Shown here piece after piece: positions 8,772-16,579 of a stretch of DNA of 64,000 bases (its first letter is position 1; every line of letters begins with the position of its first letter). The DNA lies in contig CBFIGY010000016.1 of NCBI GenBank assembly GCA_965662235.1, positions 1 through 64,000 on the forward strand. Reading direction: 5' to 3'. The notes beneath the pieces were generated by a model that was given only the letters and a program-made list of their open reading frames with translations, searched no databases and was not told the origin of the DNA. The stretch is from an uncultured bacterium. Lineage in GTDB: Bacteria > SAR324 > NAC60-12. Made by a program: the position numbers and the translations under genes.

Positions 8772-9962
8772 ATGAAAGCAAAACTGCTTCGTACCGCGGC
8801 GATCCTTACGACTGCGTTGGTCCCGACCTTGGCGGCAGCAGATGTGCAAATGGGAATCCTCTTGGGCTTTACCGGTCCCATCGAATCCCTGACCCCAGGC
8901 ATGGCGGCTTCTGCAGAACTGGCCTTCAAGGAGGCCTCAGACTCCGGAGCCTTCTTGGGCGGTCAGAAGATCAACGTGACCCGCGCAGACTCCACCTGCA
9001 TTGACGCTGCCGCCGCAACGGCCGCCGCGGAACGCTTAGTGACTGCGGACAAGATTGCCGGCCTCATGGGCGCCGACTGCTCTGGAGTCACCATTGCCGT
9101 GGCGAATAACGTGGGCGTGCCCAACGGGGTGACGATGATTTCTCCGTCGGCCACCTCACCGGCGCTGACGGACCTTGACGACCGGGGCTACTTCTTCCGG
9201 ACGGCACCTTCCGATGCGCGTCAGGGACAGGTGCTGGCACAGGTGACCATGGACCGAGGCGTGAAGAGCGTCGCCGTGACCTACACCAACAATGACTACG
9301 GCAAAGGCCTGGCCAGCTCCTTCAGCAGCGCCTTTGAGGCACTCGGAGGAACCGTGACCGCCAGCGTTCCGCACGAAGACGGAAAAGCCGATTATTCGGC
9401 TGAAGTGGCCTCTCTGTCTGCTTCCGGGGCCGACGTGCTGGCCGTGTTCGGTTACGTGGACCAGGGAGGAATCCGGATGATTCAGGCCTCCATGGACGCA
9501 GGCGCCTTCGACCAGTTCATCTTCGGAGATGGCATGGTTGGTGAGTCTCTGCTGCAGAACCTAGACGGCGACCTGACCGGTTCCTTTGGGACTCTGCCGG
9601 GCTCTGATTCCCCCAGTGCAGCAAAATTTGCAGACTTTGCTCAGGCCAACGGTCTGGACCCGAACGGCCCTTACCGCGGAGAGTCCTATGACGCTGCAGC
9701 ACTGATGGTCCTAGCGATGCAAGCCGCAGGCTCTGCAGACCGGGCTGCGCTGGCCGGCAAGATCATGGACGTGGCCAATGCCCCCGGTGAAAAGATTGGT
9801 GCCGGAGAATTGGGCAAAGCGCTGAAGATTCTGGCAAACGGTGGAGACATCGACTACGTCGGAGCCACCGATGTTGAGTTCACCTCAGTCGGTGAAGCCT
9901 CAGGCGCCTACAAGGAGCTTGAGGTGCAAAACAAGGCCTTCACGACCGTGCGGGTCCGCTAA
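8772..9962 (+). CDS. ABC transporter substrate-binding protein, branched-chain amino acid family (orphan)
   Basis: Signal peptide; ISPSATSPALT, FFRTAPSD, NNDYGKGL, YDAAAL. Confidence 0.9.
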   Translation: MKAKLLRTAAILTTALVPTLAAADVQMGILLGFTGPIESLTPGMAASAELAFKEASDSGAFLGGQKINVTRADSTCIDAAAATAAAERLVTADKIAGLMGADCSGVTIAVANNVGVPNGVTMISPSATSPALTDLDDRGYFFRTAPSDARQGQVLAQVTMDRGVKSVAVTYTNNDYGKGLASSFSSAFEALGGTVTASVPHEDGKADYSAEVASLSASGADVLAVFGYVDQGGIRMIQASMDAGAFDQFIFGDGMVGESLLQNLDGDLTGSFGTLPGSDSPSAAKFADFAQANGLDPNGPYRGESYDAAALMVLAMQAAGSADRAALAGKIMDVANAPGEKIGAGELGKALKILANGGDIDYVGATDVEFTSVGEASGAYKELEVQNKAFTTVRVR

Positions 9963-9974
9963 GTTCAGGTCGCT

Positions 9975-10060
9975 GTTCCGGACGCTCTTCTAACGGGAGA
10001 GCCCCGGAACCCGCGGTCCTCCACAGCCGGTTCCTCCATGCAGGGAGCCGGCTTCTTGCA
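9975..10060 (+). terminator. Two GC-rich hairpins after the SBP gene, probable terminator
   Basis: GTTCCGG..GCTCTTC-TAACG-GGAGAGC.CCGGAAC, then AGCCGGTTCCT..AGGGAGCCGGCT followed by TCTT. Confidence 0.45.
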
Positions 10061-10278
10061 GAAGATTTCGGGTGGCTTGCCCCTGGCTGGAGGTTGTGGA
10101 ACCGTTCTTGCTTGATGTCGTCCTGAGAAAAGGTCCCGTGAAATTCCGCCTTTTCAGGCAAGTGCGTTTGTGTTATTCAATTTTGTTGCGTTGATCCAGA
10201 AAGCTCGATTTCCTCAAGTCCCCAACGGGGGTTTCGGGAAGTTGATGCCCCAATAGTTCACACCCAAGCTCATTGACC

Positions 10279-11889
10279 ATGGCCGACCAAGCCAACCTTA
10301 TCCAAGACGTCCGGTTACAGTTTCAGGATTTCTTCGGATCGCTCAGTCTCGGCAAGCGAATCACCATCCTCGGCGCCCTCGCCGTCATCTTGATCGGCAT
10401 GGTCAGCCTGATTGTGGTCGCGAACCGTCCCACTTGGGCCCCCCTCTATTCCAACTTGGATCCCGCAGACGCGGCGAAGATCACGACCAAGCTCCAGGAA
10501 AGTCAAATTCCCTACCTGCTGGCGCCCGGAGGTGGCACCATCATGGTCGATCCGCAGATGGTGGATCAGGCCCGCCTGACCCTGGCGCAGCAGAAGGTCC
10601 TCCCCGGCAGCGGAGTGGGCTTCATGGACCTCTTTGCCGCCCCGAGTCTGGGAGAGACGGAGTTCCAGCAGCAGGTCAAGTTCCGGGTGGCACAGGAAGG
10701 GGAACTCGCTCGCCTGATCAGTCAGCTGGACATGGTCCGGAATGCCAAGGTCTCCTTGGCGATTCCTCAGAAGAGCCTCTTTTCCGATGCCCAGGAACAG
10801 CCGACGGCAGCCGTTGCGCTGAACCTGAATAGCGGAAGCATTTCCCGGAATCAGGTGGAAACCATTGTCCACCTTGTGGCCGGCGCCGTGGAAGGCATGG
10901 ACATCAAGAGCGTCCGGGTGACCGATCAGACCGGACAGCTTCTCAGCCGTGGCATCACGGATGAAAGCATGGGCGGCAACATTGGTGACAACTACGCCTA
11001 CAAGCGTCGCTTTGAGCAGGAGCTGGAGCTGAAGATCCGGAACCAGCTGGAAGAAATCGTGGGCGACGGCCGGGTGAAGGTCATCGTTTCCGCGGCCATG
11101 CGCTTTGACCGTGAGACGATCAAGGAGCAGTTGATTGATCCGGACCAGACCAGCGTCGTCAGTGAGCAGCTCGTTGACGAAGCGTCCACAGGCTCGCGCT
11201 CTGTCCCAGTGGGACCGGCAGGCGTCACCACCAACCTTCCGGAAGCGACCGGTCGAGAAGCCGCCACCGTGTCAGAATTCACCAAAAAGAACTCCACCCG
11301 GAACTTTGAGACCAGCCGACGGGAAATCCTCAAGGAAGCCGCAATTGGCGAGGTCCTCCGTCTGAGCGTCTCGGTGCTCTTGGACAACAAGCGTCCGCAG
11401 ATCCTAGATGAGAACGGAAACTTCATTGGCCGGGACAACATCAAGTGGACCGAGGCGGAGAAGGAGATCATTGTCAGCTTGGTCCGAGCAGCCATTGGTT
11501 TCAATCAGACCCGTGGAGACGAGGTCTTTGTTGGGAACATGCCCTTTGGAAAAGCGGTTGAAGAGGACAAGGCGGCTGAAATTGAGCGGACCCGCGTCCG
11601 GAACCAGTTCATCCTCGACATCGTCCGCTACGTGGCTCTGGGCATCGCGGTCATGGCCCTCATCATGCTGGTCATCCGCCCGATGGTTCAGCGCCTCAGC
11701 GCCAAGCCGGCCGACCTCGACCTGCTCATGGGCCTCCCGGCCACCATTGGCGAGCTGGAGGGCGAAGAGCTCGAGATTCCGACCGAACGCGAATCCGGAA
11801 TTCCTCCGCGCGACAAGATCATCGAGATTGCCAAGCAGGACGCCCTCAAGACCGCATCGCTTGTCCGGACCTGGCTCCGCGAAAAGTAA
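10279..11889 (+). CDS. fliF: Flagellar M-ring protein
   Basis: Two TM helices, PLYSNL..DAAKI, G+TEF.QQV..RVAQEGELARLI, LVAGAVEG, RLSVSVLLD, LVRTWL tail. Confidence 0.93.
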   Translation: MADQANLIQDVRLQFQDFFGSLSLGKRITILGALAVILIGMVSLIVVANRPTWAPLYSNLDPADAAKITTKLQESQIPYLLAPGGGTIMVDPQMVDQARLTLAQQKVLPGSGVGFMDLFAAPSLGETEFQQQVKFRVAQEGELARLISQLDMVRNAKVSLAIPQKSLFSDAQEQPTAAVALNLNSGSISRNQVETIVHLVAGAVEGMDIKSVRVTDQTGQLLSRGITDESMGGNIGDNYAYKRRFEQELELKIRNQLEEIVGDGRVKVIVSAAMRFDRETIKEQLIDPDQTSVVSEQLVDEASTGSRSVPVGPAGVTTNLPEATGREAATVSEFTKKNSTRNFETSRREILKEAAIGEVLRLSVSVLLDNKRPQILDENGNFIGRDNIKWTEAEKEIIVSLVRAAIGFNQTRGDEVFVGNMPFGKAVEEDKAAEIERTRVRNQFILDIVRYVALGIAVMALIMLVIRPMVQRLSAKPADLDLLMGLPATIGELEGEELEIPTERESGIPPRDKIIEIAKQDALKTASLVRTWLREK

Positions 11890-11963
11890 GACCCTGGACA
11901 GAAGCCTCCGGATGCTCCGGAGCGCTTCTGTTGCTTTCCTGAACGCCTTCCCAATCCCCACCC

Positions 11964-13013
11964 ATGCCGGGCGACGCATTCGAGCCATTTCACCTCCGGG
12001 ACTTTACCGACCTGTCTGCTGAAGCGGAGGCACCTGCAGCGGATGCTTCTGAAGAAGGACACGCCGAATCCTTCGAGCCCCTGGACCTATCTTCTCGTGA
12101 AATTGACACCACCTCCTTTGAGCTCCAGGAGCAGCAGCTCACGGATGATCAGAAGGTGTCGCTTTCGACCCACTTCTCCAACGAAAGCTTTACCCGCGAA
12201 GACAGCCTGCTGACCAACGCCGAAAGTTACGCGGCAACGGTCCGGGAAGGCGCGGAACTGTACCGTCAGCAGCTGGTGGCACAGGTGGAGGCCGAGAACC
12301 AAAAGGCCCGCAAGCTCCGGCAGGAAACCGAACAGATCCGGGCCCAGGCCGACGAGGAGCGCGTCCGGATGATCCGGGAAGCAGAGGCCGAAGTGCAGGC
12401 CATCAAGGATCAGGCCTATGGGGAGGGGTTTGAGCAAGGACGTTTAGAGGGGCTGGAACAGCGTTACCAAGAAGCCGCGCCGCTTGTCGAGCAGTCCGAA
12501 CAGGTGCTGGAGCAGCTCCGGGGGCTTCGGCACTTGGTCCGCTTTCAAGCCGAGCAGGAGCTGGTGCAGCTTTCCGTGGTGATTGCGAAGAAGGTGGTGA
12601 TTGAGGAACTGCAGGTCAATCCGGAGGTCATCATCGGCATCACCCAGGCCGCGCTCAAGGAGCTTCACTCTAAGGGCAAAATCATCGCCTACCTGCACCC
12701 CGACTGCTACGACTTCCTGAAAAACAGTGGCGCCAACCTGGAGCAATTCTTGGATGAGGAGCAGTCCTTGACCCTGAAGCCTTCAGCTGATGTGCAGCCG
12801 GGAGCGGTCTCCATTGAGTCGGATGAGGAGGTGGTCAATCACTCCTTCCAGAACCAGTTTGAAGAGCTCGAAAACCTGCTCAGCCAGAAGCTGCTGGAGC
12901 GCTACGCCCGGATGAATGACGTGGACATGGACGCCTATGACTTTGGCGGAGGAACCGCCACACCGGGTGAGCCGCCCGCCCTCGCAGAGGATCCGGCAGG
13001 AGAGCCGGCATGA
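11964..13013 (+). CDS. fliH: Flagellar assembly protein FliH
   Basis: AYGEGFEQGRLEG AxxxG repeat, IAKKVV, YLHPDC, PGAVSIES; directly upstream of fliI. Confidence 0.85.
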   Translation: MPGDAFEPFHLRDFTDLSAEAEAPAADASEEGHAESFEPLDLSSREIDTTSFELQEQQLTDDQKVSLSTHFSNESFTREDSLLTNAESYAATVREGAELYRQQLVAQVEAENQKARKLRQETEQIRAQADEERVRMIREAEAEVQAIKDQAYGEGFEQGRLEGLEQRYQEAAPLVEQSEQVLEQLRGLRHLVRFQAEQELVQLSVVIAKKVVIEELQVNPEVIIGITQAALKELHSKGKIIAYLHPDCYDFLKNSGANLEQFLDEEQSLTLKPSADVQPGAVSIESDEEVVNHSFQNQFEELENLLSQKLLERYARMNDVDMDAYDFGGGTATPGEPPALAEDPAGEPA

Positions 13014-14347
13014 GCGGACTCCCGGTTTATCCCACTCTGCAGGACTACCATGACGCCATCCTCAATAGCCCCACCATCCGCAGAGAGGGACGTGTCACCC
13101 AGGTGATCGGGCACATGGTTGAGTCGACCAACCCGGGCTGTTCCGTCGGCACCCTCTGCCGCATCCTCAATACCCGCACCCATCAGCAGATTCCAGCCGA
13201 GGTGGTCGGTTTGCGCAATGAGCGCATCCTCGTCATGCCCCTGAGTCACGCCCAAGGCATTGGCCCGCACTGTCGTGTGATTGCCGAGGAGCGCCCGGCC
13301 ATGGTTCCGGTAGGAGAGCAGATGCTGGGGCGCGTGTTTGACCCCCTGATGCGTCCCATTGACGACTTGGGCGAGCTGGTCACCAATCACGAGATGCCGC
13401 TCTATCCTCAGGTGATCAACCCCCTGAAGCGAGAGCGCATCAAGAGTCCACTGGATGTCGGCATCCGCGCCATCAACGCGACCCTGACCTGCGGAAGAGG
13501 ACAGCGGGTGGGCATCATGGCCGGTTCTGGAGTGGGAAAGTCCGTGTTGCTGGGAATGATGGCCCGCTACACCGACGCAGACGTCAACGTTATCTCCCTC
13601 ATTGGTGAGCGGGGAAAAGAGGTCCGGGAGTTCATTGAAGACAACCTGGGCGAGGAAGGACTGCGGCGTTCCGTTGTCGTGGTGGCAACCTCAGACCAGC
13701 CTCCGCTGCTGAGGATGCGTGGCGCCTACGTTGCAACCGCCATTGCCGAGTACTTCCGAGGAGAGGGACTGGACGTGCTGCTCTCAATGGACTCACTGAC
13801 CCGTTTTGCCATGGCTCAGCGAGAGATTGGTCTGGCCGCCGGAGAGCCTCCGACAACGAAAGGTTACCCGCCATCGGTGTTTGCACTGCTGCCCAGCCTG
13901 CTGGAACGGGCCGGAACCCATCAGGGCCCAGGGTCCATTACCGGATTTTACACCGTCTTGGTGGAAGGAGACGACACCAACGACCCCATCGGAGACGCGG
14001 TCCGCTCCATTGTCGACGGACACATTGTCCTGAGCCGGGATCTGGCCGCCAAGGGCATCTATCCCGCGATCGACCTGCTGGTTTCCTCAAGCCGGGTGAT
14101 GGTGGATGTGGTTCCGAGGAGCTTCCGGCAGCTGTCCCAGATTTTCCGCCGGACCCTTGCGACCTACCGAGAAGCTGAGGACCTCATCAACATTGGCGCC
14201 TACGTTCAGGGCAGCAACCCAGAGATCGACTACTCGCTTTCCAAGCACTCCATGATCATGGATTTCCTCAATCAGGACATGGAGGAGCAGACCTCGCTGG
14301 CCGAGTGCGAGGCCCGCATGCAGCACATGTTCGGAGACCGCATGTAA
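13010..14347 (+). CDS. fliI: Flagellar export ATPase
   Basis: GSGVGKS Walker A, LIGERGKEV, DSLTRFAMAQREIGL, GEPPTTKGYPPSV. Confidence 0.96.
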   Translation: MSGLPVYPTLQDYHDAILNSPTIRREGRVTQVIGHMVESTNPGCSVGTLCRILNTRTHQQIPAEVVGLRNERILVMPLSHAQGIGPHCRVIAEERPAMVPVGEQMLGRVFDPLMRPIDDLGELVTNHEMPLYPQVINPLKRERIKSPLDVGIRAINATLTCGRGQRVGIMAGSGVGKSVLLGMMARYTDADVNVISLIGERGKEVREFIEDNLGEEGLRRSVVVVATSDQPPLLRMRGAYVATAIAEYFRGEGLDVLLSMDSLTRFAMAQREIGLAAGEPPTTKGYPPSVFALLPSLLERAGTHQGPGSITGFYTVLVEGDDTNDPIGDAVRSIVDGHIVLSRDLAAKGIYPAIDLLVSSSRVMVDVVPRSFRQLSQIFRRTLATYREAEDLINIGAYVQGSNPEIDYSLSKHSMIMDFLNQDMEEQTSLAECEARMQHMFGDRM

Positions 14348-14377
14348 GACGGGCCCCGTTAGGAGCCCACACCGACT

Positions 14378-14887
14378 TCAGTCCTCCAGACTGAAGGTTC
14401 CAGCGTCCTTCGCACTTTCCTTCACCAGCGTCACAAAATCGTTGATCGCCTCCTGCTCTTCCTCAGAGAGGGCTTTGTTGCCCCAGAAGCTACCTCCGGA
14501 GGCATTGCCGACGATCTGCCCCAAGCGGATGAGGTCTTCCGCAAACATCTTCACCTGCGCTTCCTCCAGTCGCCGGAACAGGGACTGAAACACCAAACGG
14601 ACGCTTTCCGGATCCTTGGTGAGCTTCTTCTGCTCAAAGCGCACCCGCAGGTCCGGAAGGTTCGCAATTGTTTCTCGAACGACTCCCTTGAGGTAGGGGC
14701 TCCGGAAGTTCGACTTGTCTTCCAACGCACGGGTGAACTCTAAAAACTCTTCTGCGTCAATCTTTCCATCCGCACTGGCCACCATGAGGAAGACCTGGAA
14801 GGGAAGCTGGATGACCAGTTGGTGAAACTTCTCATTGCTGAGTGGAGCCTTTTCCTCGGCAGAGGACTCTGAAGCATTTTCAGTCAT
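14378..14887 (-). CDS. TerB-like fold protein
   Basis: LMVASADGKIDAEE and IVGNASGG...LSEEE motifs typical of the TerB family. Confidence 0.65.
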   Translation of the reverse strand: MTENASESSAEEKAPLSNEKFHQLVIQLPFQVFLMVASADGKIDAEEFLEFTRALEDKSNFRSPYLKGVVRETIANLPDLRVRFEQKKLTKDPESVRLVFQSLFRRLEEAQVKMFAEDLIRLGQIVGNASGGSFWGNKALSEEEQEAINDFVTLVKESAKDAGTFSLED

Positions 14888-14894
14888 GGGACGG

Positions 14895-15458
14895 TTACGA
14901 GGTTTTTGGTGAATCAGAGGACTGGTCCTTGTTGAGTTCTGCCTCCAGGGCCTGCTGAGCCGCTAAGAGCTCCTGCTTGGCCATTGCATGAAAGTCCTCC
15001 AGAACCGCCGACTCCACCTTGCTGACTCCAGAGCTGTAGAAAAAGCTCCCAGACGCATCAGCAATGGCGGTGGCCAGGCGCTCGAGGTCTTCATTGAAAT
15101 CGACCGCACTCTGGTGAGGCAGCCGAGTGTTGATGTACTGCAGGATGCTGCGCATCCACTCGTTGTCTTGGTTCAGCTCGCCCTTGCGGAGTCGCACCAG
15201 CAGCTCGTCCTTCGACTCAAAGGTCTTCCGGAACAGCCAGCGGCTGTAGGGCGTTTTGCAGTACTTGCGTTGCTCAATCCATTGAAAGAAAACGTTGAAC
15301 TCGTCATCGTCCATGGTACCGTCGGCACCGGCGACTTTCAGGAAAATCAGGAAGGGAAGTTCCTTCATGGCGGCTTCCCACTTGGCCTGTTCCTGGGCTT
15401 CCTCGCTTTGTTCTGGGGAAGGTGAGTCCGGGGTTGACGGTTCAGGGGCGTCACTCAT
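14895..15458 (-). CDS. TerB-like fold protein (paralog of its neighbour)
   Basis: LKVAGADGTMDDDE and AIADASGS...VSKVE. Confidence 0.65.
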   Translation of the reverse strand: MSDAPEPSTPDSPSPEQSEEAQEQAKWEAAMKELPFLIFLKVAGADGTMDDDEFNVFFQWIEQRKYCKTPYSRWLFRKTFESKDELLVRLRKGELNQDNEWMRSILQYINTRLPHQSAVDFNEDLERLATAIADASGSFFYSSGVSKVESAVLEDFHAMAKQELLAAQQALEAELNKDQSSDSPKTS

Positions 15459-15688
15459 GTTGCTTACCAAATTGAGAGATGGGGAGACTCTCCAACGTGA
15501 AGAGGGTTTGACGATGGAAGACGGGCGACTACACTAGGAGGATGCGCGCTGTTCCGAAGGTTCCATCTGAGCTTCGCGGAAAGGTTGCACATCCTGAACC
15601 AATTCTGAACAGTTTGACCGTTCCAGACCCGGAAATCCACCCCATGTTCGTTTCCCTTCCGCCACTCCGATCCGTTCTCTGAAACTCC

Positions 15689-16519
15689 ATGAACGTCTAC
15701 TCCCAAGCCCGCGAGGCCTTGCTGACTCCTGATCCTACCCTGAAGGTGGAACGCACCCTACAGCTCAGGAGTGACTGGGAGGCCGGTCGGTTGCGTCTGG
15801 ATCGGTGCCCTGTCGAAGCAATCGCGGTTCCTGGGCGCCCAGATCGTCCGGAGCTGGTGCTTCCCCGGAACCTGAAGAAGCGCAAGCTCAGCACCCCGGA
15901 AGGACGGGCGGTCTTGATTCACGCGTTGGCGCACATTGAGTTCAACGCCATCAACCTGGCACTGGACGCGGTGTACCGCTTTCAGCAAATGCCAACGGAC
16001 TACATCGCGGACTGGCTCCGAGTGGCGGCCGAAGAAGCCCGGCACTTCAGCCTGCTGCGTCAGCGGCTCCATGACCATGGAGTGGACTACGGAGACTTCC
16101 CGGCTCATAACGGGCTCTGGTCGATGGCCTGCAAAACCGATCACGATCCCCTGGAACGCATGGCCTTGGTGCCTCGTGTGATGGAGGCGCGGGGATTGGA
16201 CGTCACTCCTGGAATGATCACGCGTCTGGAAACGCTGGGCGACTCAGAAACCGCTGCTGTCCTGAAGATCATCTGGACCGACGAAGTCACGCACGTGGAA
16301 ATCGGCAACCGCTGGTACCACCACCTCTGTCAGGAACAAAGCCTAGATCCGGAGACCACGTTTTATGCCCTAGTGGATCAGCACATGCCCGGAGGCCTCC
16401 GGGGCCCGTTTCACCTAGAAGGACGACGTCAGGCCGGATTTTCTGAAACCGAGTTGGCCCGCCTGCAGGCGCAGGATGCCACTCCTGCCTTGCACTCCTC
16501 CTCCGGATCAGTAGCTTGA
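15689..16519 (+). CDS. Ferritin-like domain protein (DUF455)
   Basis: HALAHIEFNAINLA, EEARHF, PAHNGLW, EARGLD, DEVTHV. Confidence 0.9.
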   Translation: MNVYSQAREALLTPDPTLKVERTLQLRSDWEAGRLRLDRCPVEAIAVPGRPDRPELVLPRNLKKRKLSTPEGRAVLIHALAHIEFNAINLALDAVYRFQQMPTDYIADWLRVAAEEARHFSLLRQRLHDHGVDYGDFPAHNGLWSMACKTDHDPLERMALVPRVMEARGLDVTPGMITRLETLGDSETAAVLKIIWTDEVTHVEIGNRWYHHLCQEQSLDPETTFYALVDQHMPGGLRGPFHLEGRRQAGFSETELARLQAQDATPALHSSSGSVA

Positions 16520-16579
16520 ACCTCGGCTCCTCCGGGAGCGGTGCACCAACCGGACTCAATCCCCTTACGCTCGACCTCC

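Noticed and set aside
1..10000. Apparent abundance of CTAG
   Set aside because: A hand count gives about 9 in 10 kb, well below the composition-based expectation, so it is avoided as usual.
14647..14661. SRP-RNA-like CAGGTCCGGAAGG
   Set aside because: It lies inside a CDS, lacks the following AAGCAGC and enclosing helix, and is just another TCCGGA site.
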